NCBI RefSeq assembly: GCF_006345805.1
Contig: NC_042999.1
Span: 131,936,001 to 132,000,000, forward strand
Direction: 5' to 3'
Length of the DNA stretch: 64,000 nt
From: Octopus sinensis
Taxonomy: Eukaryota
Each line of letters begins with the position of its first letter. Position 1 is the stretch's first letter. The notes under the pieces were generated by a model. That model was not told the origin of the DNA. It saw nothing but the letters and a program-made list of their open reading frames with translations, and did not search any database. Positions 38,329-50,959 of this stretch are shown here, piece by piece. A program made the position numbers and the translations under genes.

Positions 38329-39559
38329 CTTTTTAGTCTTTTCTTTTACTATATGTTTAACTATAATAGCCATGTAGCTATAAGTTTCTGTGTTTGCTTG
38401 ATCTGTTTAAAAAAAAAAAAACAGCTAAATCTCTCTTCTGAAGTCATCCTCACCATTTTTATTTTTAATTATTTTAACCCTTTAGCATTCAGATTATTCT
38501 GTCAAATGTAATGCTTATTTATTCACATTGTTTTGAATTAAGCATTTTATCTCGTTGCTTGAAGATTTCGATGCTGTGATTATTTGTTTTTAGAATGACA
38601 TTGTTGAGTATTGTTTCTACAGCTGGACATCCTTCCTAGTGCTCTATTGAGTATACTGGGTGCATTTTATTATAGAACTAACATTAAAGCAGTTGTCACA
38701 TCCATGACAAGATTAAAAGGTCCTGATCCTATGATGTCTCCTTATTCAGCAATCACCACTGTGTGTATTGATACATTTTATTATGACACCAGCACTAGAG
38801 GGGTTGTCATGTTCTCAACATGACTAAGGAGCCCAGTCAACCCTTTGATGTTACCATTTGTTTGTCATCCACTTTACAATGTGTACTATGTGTATCATGG
38901 CACCAGTATTAGTGAAATTGCCTTGAACACCTTTACTGTTCTGTATTGTCTTTGTTTGTTCAAAGCAACGTGACTCTCTATAGGTAGAGAAAAGAGGATG
39001 ATGGCAGAAGGTGAACTTGGAGGAGCAAAGGAAAGAAAAGAGAGCGATTAGAAAGAAAGTGTTGAAGAAGAGAGACAAAGGAGAAATGAGAGAGGCAATT
39101 ATTGAAAACTGATGAGGAGAGATAGTAAAAGTAGGGTGTAATGAGAGAAACAGTAATGGCCTAGGGAGAGACACTAATGACTGCAACATGTTTGCAGATA
39201 AAGGAAAGAGAATGAGTAGTGGTTAGTTGTAGAAATGCTCCGTAGTAATAGAGTGTGATGGATATCAATAAAGAGTGATGTAGAGGAGGAGAGGTATCAG
39301 CAACAATTGGTATAGCAGTGGAGATGATAATATTTGCTGGTAGGCGAGAGCATAATGAAAAAAAAGTGCAGTTCCTTCCCAAGTCAAAGACTCATAAGGC
39401 CGGTTTTCCCAGTTTCCATGACATATATATTCCTCACCTGGACAGGATGTAGGCCTGTCACAGGATTACTCATTTTTGCTAGATGAGTGAACTGGAGCAA
39501 TGTGAAATGAAGTGTCTTGCTCAAGAACACAAAACAAAGTGATGGCCGTCAATAAAAAG

Positions 39560-39985
39560 TGACCTGGGCAAGAAGATGCAGTGGTGAGTAACACCTCTTC
39601 AAGAGTGGTTCAGATAATTGAGAGAATCTATTTCCTTAAGTGTTCTTAATGCCTCTTACTCCAGTACACCAACTACAAATGGAATCTATTATCTCTGTTG
39701 GCCTGCTTGTAAATTCCACTGTACATCGAGTGTGTCTATTTTTTACCTTGGGCATACCTCTTGCAATTTTTACCTACAACTTTTCCACATACCAAGCACA
39801 ACCATCTCTGTGGTGGTATTAGTGTCTTGTCTTCTTTCCTATTTATTAAAACTTTAGTCTCTGCTAAGTTTATTTTAACATTCTTCATTTCTGAGTTTTA
39901 CTTCCATGATTGGAATTTCTGCTCCAAATCTTTTGCAAGTTCTCTTGCAAAACTTAAGTCCTCAACATACAGGAGTTGTCAAGGA
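39560..39985 (-). mobile_element. Old degenerate RTE LINE fragment (RT end plus Cys finger)
   Basis: Minus strand gives LLYVED..., LEQKFQSWK, VKINLAETKVLI, IPPQRWLCLVCGKVVGKN, homologous to LLYADD...LEEKFRVWK...RINVAKTKVLV...PSGRWPCSTCRKGTGRN of the 3486-5408 ORF. Confidence 0.75.
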
Positions 39986-42599
39986 CATTCAGCCTTGTCA
40001 AGGACATTCAGACATATGGCTTAGAGGGTTAAAAGCTGAACCCTGATGAACCCTTACCTGCATGCTGAATTCTTTTTGCTGAAGTCATTGCTGAATTCTT
40101 TTTGCTGAAGTCATTGCTGAATCTTCCCTTGTTAGCTGTACCTTCACAAACCATTTATCTGTCTCTAACTTGTTAGCAACCACCAGATCACAGAGCAAGG
40201 GACTCTGTAAGAGGCCTTTAGGTTGCTGATGTAAGGTACCACTAGGAATATGTCATAAGTGGTACATCTTCCTGTGCATGCACACTCTCTCTAAATAGAC
40301 AAATAAACCCCTGCAGCTATCCATTTCCTGCGGCCTTTCTGCTCCTCTGTTCTCATTCCCCTTACCTGCAAATGTTCTTAGCACAATAGACAGAACATCT
40401 CTTCATGTAATTACTTGACCCTAGATCAATCCTGGTCAAAGACATTTAACTCTTTAGCATTCCAATTACTCTGTCAAATGCAATGCTTATTTATTCACAT
40501 TGTTTTGAATTAATCATGCATTATCTTGTAGCTTTGAGATTTCTATCATATGGTTGTTTATTTTTTAGAATGACATTGTAGGGTAGGTGCGACAGGCCTG
40601 AACTAAGTTCTTTTCAAGCAGCTTATGCAAGACATCATTATGCAATATCTGCACTGTAAGATTGTTGGGTGTAGTTTGAAAGGAATGTTGCATACTAATT
40701 CCAGGAAATTATGCCAAGCCTGTTGATCCTCCATCTCCTGTTAGGGGACTTTTATCCCCTTCTGAACTTTAACACCAGCACTACCATAAACATCCACCAC
40801 ACATCACTACACACTACCTCCGTTTGTGTTTATGCACCACACCACAAAACCACCAAACCTCCACACCATCTTCTTGTTTATGTACATACCACTCTGCTAT
40901 TCTGTCCCACAGTACCTCTATTCCTGTCTGCGCACCCCCATCACTTTTCTTGTTTACATTTGGTGCTACCTTGCCATCCCACTTAACACAACAATACTCC
41001 TGAACTGTACATCACATCGTTTCCTTTCCAAGCATTATTACTCCATTAGTGTGTATATATTTACACTACAACTCCACCACATCCAGCCCTGTGTACTACT
41101 GCACGACCGACCATAAGTTATCGGCAGAACTTGTATCAAATCATTAATTCATTCAGACCAATATTCCTCTACTCCACACACACATGCATGCCCACAAACA
41201 CACATACATACAGCTAAAATACAGTGCATACATTTTTAGACAGTCATCTGTCATGTACAAGTGATACACACACACATACACACGCATATAAACTCATATA
41301 GAGAGAAGTAAAACATATGACTCAGCCCCACACAACTCGGTGACAATAACAGTGGTAACTAACATGCAATATGTACACTTAATAAGCACATAGAAACATC
41401 AGTGACAACAGTGGATGAGAGAGAGACTATACTGCTACCGCTGCTGCCACTACTACCTGAGACATGTTCCTGTCTCATTGATATCACTAGACAACTGATG
41501 TGTGACAACAGTATGTCTCTAACAATGTCCTTGTGTGTGATGTGTCAAATAATTCTAACTATTTGACAGTACAGTATGGCATTGGTGGCATTAGTAACAG
41601 CCTGCCCCGGTGAGCTGGAGGGTGGGGGACTAATGTGTAATGGTCATTCCATAATTTATCAGCATCAGGAATAGGTTTGATATAGTTTTTATTTTGTATT
41701 TGTTTCTCCCTCACACACACACACACACACACGCACAGCCCCTCTCTTGTCTGGACTTCTGTAGGTTATTTCTTGTTTGTTTTCTATCTGCTTATAACAA
41801 CAATCACATCTCCCCCCCCTGCACCCTCCTCCAGAACCATTTCACATACTATTTCCATACTATATTATATGCGTCCTCCATCATACCACTGTCTCACACA
41901 CACGCACATATGCATGCATGTACCAACCACAGACAACCGCTTTTTATATCATTATAATCTCCACATGATGCCAGCATCACTGTGTTAAGAAGCTTGCTTC
42001 CCAACCACACGGTTCCAGTTTCAATCCCACTGTATGACACCTTGGGCAAGTGTCTTTTACTTTAACCTTAGGCCAACCAAACCCTTGTGAGTAGATTTGA
42101 TAGATGGAGACTGAAAGAAGCCCATCGTATATATACATGTATGTGTTTTTGTGTGTCTGTCCCCTACCACCACTTGACAACTGGTACTGATGTGTTTATG
42201 TTTCCATAACTTAGTGATTCAATAAAAGAGACCAATAGAATAAGTACCATGCTTTAAAAAAATTAGTGCCGGGGTCGATATATTCAACCGAAAATTCTTT
42301 AAGGCAGTGCTCTGCCCCAGCATGGCCACGGCCTAATGATTGAAACAAGTTAAAGATAAAAGATACACATATGCCAATCCTTACATATCACTTTTATATA
42401 CAATTATAAACCACTACCACTACCACCACCACAATATCCATTGTATCTCCTCCATCCCCAACTCTAAATTTGTATTGTGACTTTTGAGTGTATTTACTTC
42501 AGTTGATTTGTGAAACTGAATAACTTAGCAGTAGTTACCCTTTTGTTTATGGTTTAAATTCATGTCACACGTGTATCGCATTCAATTCACTGCACTGTA

Positions 42600-43590
42600 A
42601 ACACATCCCACATGTAGTTGTCTATACCCACTGAAACAGGTGTCTCTTTTTAATTGGCGACACCCCTCTACATGTGCCGTGTTCAGTTGACTGTGTTTTT
42701 AAACATGTGCCACATCTGGTTGGCTATACCCCACATCTACTTAACTATACTCTTCTACATGTGTTACATCTAGTTAACTATACTCCTATGTGTGCATTAT
42801 ATCTATACATGTGCTACATCCAGTCGACTGTAGCCTTACGCATATGCAACATGTAGTTGACTATACCCCTATACATGTGCCTCATCTAGTTAGCTAGATC
42901 CCTATACATGCGTTACATCCAATTAACTATGCCCCTAAATATGCATTATACCTATACATGTGCTGTATTTTGCTGACTATACCTCTATACATGTGTCACG
43001 TCTAGTTTTCTATATAACCACTATACTTGGAAATATATATATCGTTTTTCTTTTTTTGTCTTTTACTTGTTTCACTTAGAGGACTGCTTTTATTGGGGGT
43101 ACCACCTTGGATGAGTTTAGGGGAGCAAATCGCTCCCAGTGCTTATTTTTGAATATTGTATTTAATTTATCAGTCTCTTTTGCCAAACAGTTAAGTTACA
43201 TGGATGTAAACCAACCAACACCAGTGGTCATAGTAGAGGACACACACACACACACACACATATATATAGGAAGGGCTTCCACACAGTTTCCATTTGCCAT
43301 ATTAACTCACAAGGGTTTGGTTGGCCCGGGGCTATAGTAGAAGACACTTTTCCAAAGTGTGATACCTTTCACAGTAGTATTGAACCTGAAACCACATGGG
43401 CTACATATTGCTAACTATAATCCCTTACCCATGTGCCACTGTTATTTAACCATAACCCTGAATTTATGCCTCCTTTAGTCAATTATATGTTCTGTGTCTG
43501 GGCTACATTTAGTTATCTGTACTCTTGTATCTGGGCTACATTTAATTGAGTGTAACTTTATATCTGAAATGCATTTAATTGACTAAGCCC
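42600..43590. repeat. Degenerate ~32-bp minisatellite interrupted by a minus-strand SINE A (~43045-43400)
   Basis: Recurring CCTATACATGTGCTACATCTAGTTGACTATA-like units. Confidence 0.65.
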
Positions 43591-44456
43591 TTTCTTTACA
43601 AGAATTTCTTCTAGTTTCTAATTAAATCAAATGGATATTCTTTTGGATTACACATGTGTGTGTGTCACTAATTGTGATACACTCTGTTTATTATTATGTG
43701 CCTTGTTGCTCTGTGTGTATGTATATGTATATTTAATATAATATATGTATATTATATAATATGTGTGTGTGTGTGTGTGTGTTTAATATAAGACAGCAAG
43801 CTGGAGAAATTGTTAGCATGCTGGGCAAAATGGTTAGTGATATTTTGTCCATCTTTGCGTCTTAGTTCAAATTCTGCCAAGTTTGACTTAGCCTGTCATC
43901 CCTTTGGGGTCAATTAAATAAGTACCAGTTGAATACTGGGGTTAATATAATCGACTTAAACACTGGTTTTGTATCAATATTTATATGTATATATAATATA
44001 TATTCGTGTATATCTGTATCTATAAACATACAGGTCATGAATAACTTTGGCTCAGGCTTGGCTATGTGGTGAGAAGTTTGCTTCCCAACCACATGGTATC
44101 AGGTTCAGATGCACTGCTTGCAATCTTGGGCAAGTTTCTTCTACTATAGCCCCTGGCTGACCAAAGGCTTGTGAGTGGATTTGGTAATCAGAAAATGAAG
44201 GTTAAAAAAGCCCATCATGTAAATGTCTGTGTGTATGTTACTGTCTTGCTTCACATAATATTTGTAAAAGAATGTTACCATCTTACAAATTGTATCCTTT
44301 ATTTCCAATCTTTTGTGAAAACATGTCTGGTAAAACAGGTAATATTACCTCACTCGAAAACAGCTGAGTGTTGACAACAGAAAGGGCATCCAGTTGTAGA
44401 AAATTCACCTCAACAAATACTAACCAGCTCGTGCAAGCATGGAAAATTGGACATTA

Positions 44457-44813
44457 AAATTATTATTATTATTATTCCTCTTAACTGTGGTTTTGTTGGA
44501 ACTCCTTGAGTTTTGCATGTGTTGCAGGCTAGCTACCTGCAGCTGCAGTACCATGCTGTTATTTTCAACTACCTAATACTTTTCTGATTATTCTAGCTAT
44601 ACCAAGGAGGAAAACCTTTTGTAACAGCTCTACTGGGCACTCTATTCTGATATTCTTTATATTCCTCTTGATGCCTTCTGATACTGTCCCCAAGGATCCA
44701 ACAGTAATTGGCACTGTCTTCACCTTCTTCATTTTCCATAACAAGGCTATTTCATACTTAAGAGGATTGTATGTATCTATTTTTTTGCCTTCGTTCTTAA
44801 CTATCCGTGTGTC
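44457..44813 (-). mobile_element. 3' end of an R4/Dong-type (restriction-like endonuclease) non-LTR element
   Basis: Open frame 44813-44565: DTRIVKNEGKKIDTYNPLKYEIALLWKMKKVKTVPITVGSLGTVS...ELLQKVFLLGIARIIRKVLGS*. This is the typical RLE C-terminus (K..KY..L..EI..LW....VPI.VG.LG; LQK..LLG.ARI.R). Followed by a ~90-nt UTR and a (TAA)n tail. Confidence 0.82.
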
Positions 44814-45941
44814 AAAGGAGTTAGCATACCAGGCAAAATGCTTAGTGCTATTTCACCTGTCTTTATGTTCTGAGTTCAAATTCTGCCAAGGTTGACTTTG
44901 CCTTTCATCTTTTTGGGGTTGATGAAATAAGTACCAGTTGTGCTTGTTTCTTTGTATTGTCTGTCTGGATGTTTTGTTGTCCCTTTTTTGTATCACATAG
45001 TTATATATACAAAACGTTTGGCAGCAGATTGATGTGTGAGAAAGTAGAATAAAGAATTTTTCTTGATAAACGTTAGTATTAGAGAAAAGCATCCAGCTGT
45101 AAAATGCTCTCTCAACTAGTCTCAGTCAACCCACGTTGGGATGGAAGAACAAGCAAAAGAAATGTTCTGTGTGTGTATTATAAACATGTATGTGTGTGCG
45201 TGTGTTTTTTTATAAGGGTTGGCTACAAGGAGGGCATCCAGCTGTAGAAAATCTGCTTCATTAAACTCCATCCCATCTCTGCAAGCCTGGAAAAATGAAC
45301 ATTAAACTGATGATGATGATGATGATATACATATGTATATGTATGAATACATATATATAAATATATATTACATGGAGAATATGAGCAAGATAAATAATAT
45401 TCTTAAGATCATAAACCTGGAAAATTACAGAACAACTTGTTACATCTGGTAAATTATAAAATAAGAAAATTTTTTACTTAAAATATTGCAGCAAAGGATA
45501 AAATTTCAAATAAAATATTTAGATTTAGGAAATATTAGCTTTTATTAAAACTAAAAATTTTATTACAAGTTATTACTTATATTTGTAACTTCTATTAAAA
45601 ATTAAAAATAACTCAAAATATTTTTTGCACGTTAAAAAAATTCATTTTTTAAAATGATTAATTAGTAATTAGAAATTTGAAAATAGGTTATAAAAATAAT
45701 AGTAGTACATAATTAGCTAGTACAATAAATAGAATAATACAAAAATTTGTTACATATTACAGTAAAATCTACCTATAACAACAAATTCACAGTAAAATTT
45801 GCTTGAGTTATTGCCTAAATTTTTGTCAATTCTTCAAATTTTTAGTCCTGACCCAATACTTATTTTTAACATAATGAATTTGCCTGTATATACTGTTCTA
45901 CTTTGCATAAAACTTTAGCTATATTAATACTTCTGGCTCTC

Positions 45942-46156
45942 AACCCTTTCGTTACCAACCCGGCTGAAACCGGCTCTGGCTCTGAGTATAAATGTCTTGT
46001 TTTCAAAAGTTTTGAACTAAAATCTTCCACCAAACCTTAGTCACAATTTATTTCCTAACTCTAGCTGAATGATAACTAAGTTATTTTACTAAGTTCTTTG
46101 TTATGTTGAAAGAAGCACAGAGCATCTCAAAATAATTACTGTAACGAAAGGGTTAA
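45942..46156. mobile_element. TTAA MITE family 2
   Basis: AACCCTTTCGTTAC ... GTAACGAAAGGGTT-AA perfect TIRs. Confidence 0.85.
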
Positions 46157-47054
46157 GTATTCTAGTGTACCAATATTTTAACAAAATGATGGTACCTTTA
46201 ATTATAATGTTACTTTGTAAATTAAAATCAAATAATTTTTGATATTGAAATTTTATCCTTAGCTACAATATTTTAAGTAAAAATGTTCTTGCTCTGTACT
46301 TTACCAGATGTAATGAGTTGTCTTTCCAAGGTTTATAATCTTAAGAATATTATTTCTGTTGCTTGCATTTTTCCATGTAATCCATGTTTTTTCCAGGCTA
46401 TGTTATTATGCTAATCAATAATGTGTCAATTAGCGGTGTCGTTGATAATTCTTTCCTTACTTCGATGACACTGGTGGCATATATTAAAAGTCCCTTTATA
46501 GAACTATATTCATAAAAATGTATAGAGCTATATTATGACCCTCAAATTTGGGAAACACTCATAACTTTTTACTTTTAAGACTTCATTGTATGAGATTGAT
46601 ACCATAGTTAATTATACTTCAATCCAATTTTTTTCTAGTGGTTTTTTTCATGATATTTTACCTCACAACTTTTTTGATACAAATTTTTGTTGTATGGGAA
46701 CAAAACTATGAAATTCTTCATGCTTTCTTCCATCATTAAAGCTAAATATATTTTGCTTTTAAAATAAAAAATGGTATTTAGATCTAAACTTGATTGGTGG
46801 TGTTTCTTACTCTCCTATAACATTGCTACAAATTTTGGTGTAAACTTTTTTCTATTGGTTCAAGTCTCAATTTTTTTATGCCAAAATGTAGCCAGAGACC
46901 AATCCTCTTCAAAAATGTAAACAGTTTTCAATTTGGTTAAGGATTGAATTAGTGACAAGCTCTGAAAGGTGCTGTGTGTGAGTAAATTGCGCCCTTAAGA
47001 ATATTATTCAACTATTACCGTAGTTGAAGTGTTTATATATATATATATACTTGA

Positions 47055-47454
47055 GGCACCCATGCCAACCCCCTTGTTTGCGAAGACATGTTGGGGCAAG
47101 CGAAATCGAAATCGAATTGAACCAGCCAGGATCCCTGGTCTGGTGGTACGTAAAAAGCACCATCCGACTCGTGGCCGATGTCAGCACCGCCTCGTCTGAC
47201 TTCCGTGCCGGTGGCACATAAAATACACCAATCCGACCGTGGCCGTTGCCAGCCTCGCCTGGCACCTGTGCAGGTGGCACGTAAAAAGCACCCACTACAC
47301 TCACGGAGTGGTTGGCATTAGGAAGGGCATCCAGCTGTAGAAACACTGCCAGATAAGACTGGAGCCTGGTGCAGCCTTCTGGCTTCCCAGATCCCCGGTC
47401 GAACCGTCCAACCCATGCTAGCATGGAGAACGGACGTTAAACGATGATGATGAT
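47055..47454 (+). mobile_element. ~400-bp non-autonomous RTE-tailed element (young)
   Basis: Starts GGCACCCATGCC, has three GGTGG(C/T)AC(G/A)TAAAA modules, then the RTE 3' UTR and (GAT)n tail. Confidence 0.9.
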
Positions 47455-47584
47455 ATTGATGATGATTTAGCAGAAGCAACAGAGTGACTCAAAAGCTGAG
47501 AGTTTCGTGTATTAGCACTTCTCTAGCTAAGTTTAAGTTACTCTCTTGCTTTTGCTAAATATTAATGATATATATATATATAAA

Positions 47585-47775
47585 GTTAATCCAAACATGA
47601 ACACACAACAACGCGAGGACGTGGAACAAATATAGTATTATTGGACGCTGAGGAAGGAAGGGAAGAAGGAGGGTTTTACGTTTCGAGCGGAGCTCTTCGT
47701 CAGAAACATAGGAAAAGGAAAGATCCAGAGAAGGGAAGACAGGGGGAAAAATCGCCAATGGTACACACACGGTAT
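47585..47775 (-). mobile_element. Penelope-like terminal (pLTR) fragment between (TA)n tracts
   Basis: Contains a minimal hammerhead motif, a hallmark of Penelope-like element termini. Confidence 0.6.
47673..47707 (-). ncRNA. Minimal type I hammerhead ribozyme motif
   Basis: RNA: GUUU-CUGACGA-A-GAGC(UCC)GCUC-GAAA-C-GUA-AAAC. Stem I is GUUU/AAAC, stem II is 4 bp, stem III is the palindrome ACGU, cleavage triplet GUA. Confidence 0.72.
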
Positions 47776-47794
47776 ATATATATATACAAACAGG

Positions 47795-48173
47795 TGCAGG
47801 CATGACTGTGTGGTAAGAAACTTGCTTCCCAACTACATGGTTCGAGATTCAGTCCCACTGTGTAGCACCTTGAGCAAATATCTTCTACTATAGCCTCAGG
47901 ATGACCAAAGCCTAGTGAATGGATTTGATCAACAGAAAATGAAAGAAGCCCATTGGGTGTGTGTGTGTGTGTGTCTGTGTTTGTTTCCCATACACACTTC
48001 ACAACTGGTGTTGATGTGTTTATGTTTCCATAACTTTGCAGTTCGACAAAAGAAACCGATAGAATTAGTACTACTTCTTTTTAAAAAAAAAGTAAACTGG
48101 GGTCAATTCATTCTACTAAAAATTCAAGGTGGTGCCCCAACATGGCCACAGCCTAGTGACTGAAACAAGTAAA

Positions 48174-48180
<7 letters not shown>
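47795..48180 (+). mobile_element. SINE A
   Basis: Complete family A copy. Confidence 0.85.
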
Positions 48181-48221
<41 letters not shown>

Positions 48222-50415
48222 CATATATACACACACACACACACACAAACCTATACAATATGTGTGTGTGTGTGTGTTGAGGATGGAGTGAATGTGGATG
48301 TCACAGAACTATGATGAGTGTGTTGTTATATCAAAGCTATCAGAATGAATAGTAAACCAGGGCTTGTCTTATAGATCTGGCCAGTCCAAAATCTATTGGA
48401 AACTCTTTTTTTTTTTTTTATACATACCTTTTCCCCCCAACAACATTCTCTAGAATGTTACTTTAAAAAGAAGAAATAAAAACACATTGCAATAACCTAA
48501 TTCACAGATAAATTGAAGTCATTAAGTATTGACTATTTTATTGGAGATATTTTCTGTTTGATCACTCTAAAACAGATGAAATTATTGATCTGTTAGTTAA
48601 CAAAACATCAAGATAAGCATTGATCTATGCTTTTATATACTCTGTACAGCAAAATATCGTTGCAGTCTAGGATATTTAATTAGAGCATGATAAATTAGTT
48701 AAGTTAGTGCTAACATATTTATTGTATGGAATAGTAAAATGTTAACTAGAAATAAATATGCAATGAGGATACTGAAGCAGTATCAATCAATGCTAATATT
48801 ATTTTGTGCTTTTCTGGTGAGTATGAAACATCAACTCTGAATATGTTTTGATTGTATTCTGTCCTTCTCAGTGAAGCATAATATTTGCTTTTTAAGTTTT
48901 ATCACATAAGGAAGGGTAGTACTAATGACCCTTTTCAGTGCCTCTAACTAGAAAAATAAACAAGTTGTACCTGGATGAAATGCTTGCAACAGAATACATT
49001 TTGCTAAAAGCACTCAAAGGCCAGGTGTTGGTGTCAAACCCAGCTGTGGATCAGGTGTAGTGCCCAAGAGCTTAGCTTGGTGAAGTAATAATAAATGAAT
49101 TTATTGTGTGTATGGAGAGAGAGAGAGAGAGAGTAAATAAACAGATAAAACTGTTTGGGTTAGATATACAAAATATATATACATGTATTCATGTGAATAG
49201 AGAGAAGGCAAAGACTGAAGATTTTCAAAGACACAGTAAAAATCAATGAGGAGAAGGTATAGTGTTACAGATCTGACAGCTGTTTCTAGGGGCTCAGAGT
49301 TACTTCATAATGTTGTTACATACAGCCCAATGGACTGTAACAAAACCAAAACTTTACTTGCACTTACTGAAAAGCATATGTACAGAAGAATTAACATACT
49401 AAAAAATACATGAACATACTCACACAATATTGTACTCTTATGCCCATCAATATACATATAGACTACACAGAGACAAACATTAGCACAGCCACATATGCAT
49501 ACATACACATGAGAATACAGTTGTGTAAGTGCTTTTGTGTATTTTTCAATATGTTAGTTCTTCTGTACATATGCTCCTCCAAATGCAAGTAAGGTTTTGG
49601 TTATGCTACAGTCCCTTGAGCTAGAAAGTATTTTGGAGTGTGGTTCAAAAATGTGATTAAGATTTAGGTCCATAAGTCTTTGTGTGGTCTTTTGACCTTT
49701 TAACCCTATTTAAAAATTACTATTGTTCGATAGTATTTTTTAGTTTAATCTATATTACTATTATTCAATAGATTTTTTGATTTAATCTTTGTATCTCCAG
49801 CTGTCTGTTCTATTTAATTCATTTATACTATTTTTTTATATGTACTTTTGTGCTGGTGTGGCTGTGTGGTAAGAAGCTTGGTTCTCAGTCACATGGTTCT
49901 AGGTTCAGTCCCACTGTGTGGCCACTTCCTTCTATTATAGCCTTGGGCTGACCAAAGCCTTGTGTGTGGATTTGATATTTAGAAACTGAAAGAAGCCTAT
50001 CGTGTGTGTATGACTTCGCCGCCACCCCTAGGTTACAGAGGCATAAACACACCAACAACGGTTGTCAAGTGGTGACGGGGGAATAATCACAGACACATAG
50101 ACACACATGCATAGTTATAAATATATAGAAATAATATATATATACACACGACGGGGCTTCTTTCAGTTTCCATCTACCAAATCCACTTACAAGGCCTTAG
50201 TTGGCCTGAGGCTATAGAAGACACTTGCCAAAGGTGCCACGCAGTGGCACTGAACTTGGAACCATGTGGTTGGGAAGCAAGCTTCTTATCACACAGCCAT
50301 GCCTGTGCCTATACATATATATTCCAGTCCACTCTACTTTTCAACACAATCCTTCCTGTTCCATTTTGTTGGCTTTATAATCTCTTCTCTGGACTTGTAC
50401 CTGCTTCATGTTATA

Positions 50416-50959
50416 CAGTGATACCTCACTTAACAAGTACCCACTTTACAAGACCCCAGATTTAAGAGTTTTATTTTCCAAGCACAAGATCCAAATTTTG
50501 AACAAAGTGCAAAAGTTTCTACTACCGTAACAAATGCTTCTGCATGTTACAAAGAAATTTATAGAGAGCAATAAAAAGCTTCTTCTAAGCAAACAACTCT
50601 AGACTTGTTTCTTAAAATGAAATCTACAAGTCCGTCTACGAGTGTTTGTGAATTGGCAATTGCATCTACACATGATGTTATGCACAACTCTAGTGATTCA
50701 GAAAACAATTATAGTAATAATATGTTTTATCGTAAATGATCTTGACATTCTTTTTACTTTACATAAACTATTCTTTACATTCTACTGTTGTTTTATTGTC
50801 ATTTATTTATGAGTATTATAAATTTTATTGGTAAAATATTTTTCTGGGAGTGAATTAGGATTTATAACATTACTACTATGCAAAATTATTGCTCTGCCTT
50901 ATGAGTTTTCACTTTATGAGCAGTCTCTAGGAACAGATTAACTCATCGAGGCATTACTG
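50416..50959. mobile_element. Tigger/pogo-like non-autonomous element
   Basis: TA-CAGTGATACCTC ... GAGGCATTACTG-TA: degenerate TIRs with TA on both sides. Confidence 0.6.

Noticed and set aside
45360-46960. Possible mitochondrial insertion (NUMT) suggested by AT richness
   Set aside because: I could not recognise any mitochondrial protein, rRNA or tRNA motif on either strand; left unclassified.
47008-47424. 138-152-aa ORFs shared by the inverted twins (also 55997-56455)
   Set aside because: They are antisense readings of the RTE-tailed element that run into flanking microsatellite; not protein genes.
49255-49315. Second hammerhead remnant (minus strand ...GAAACAGCUGUCAGAU with palindromic stem III)
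   Set aside because: The CUGANGA box and stem II are destroyed; at most a dead Penelope-like fragment.
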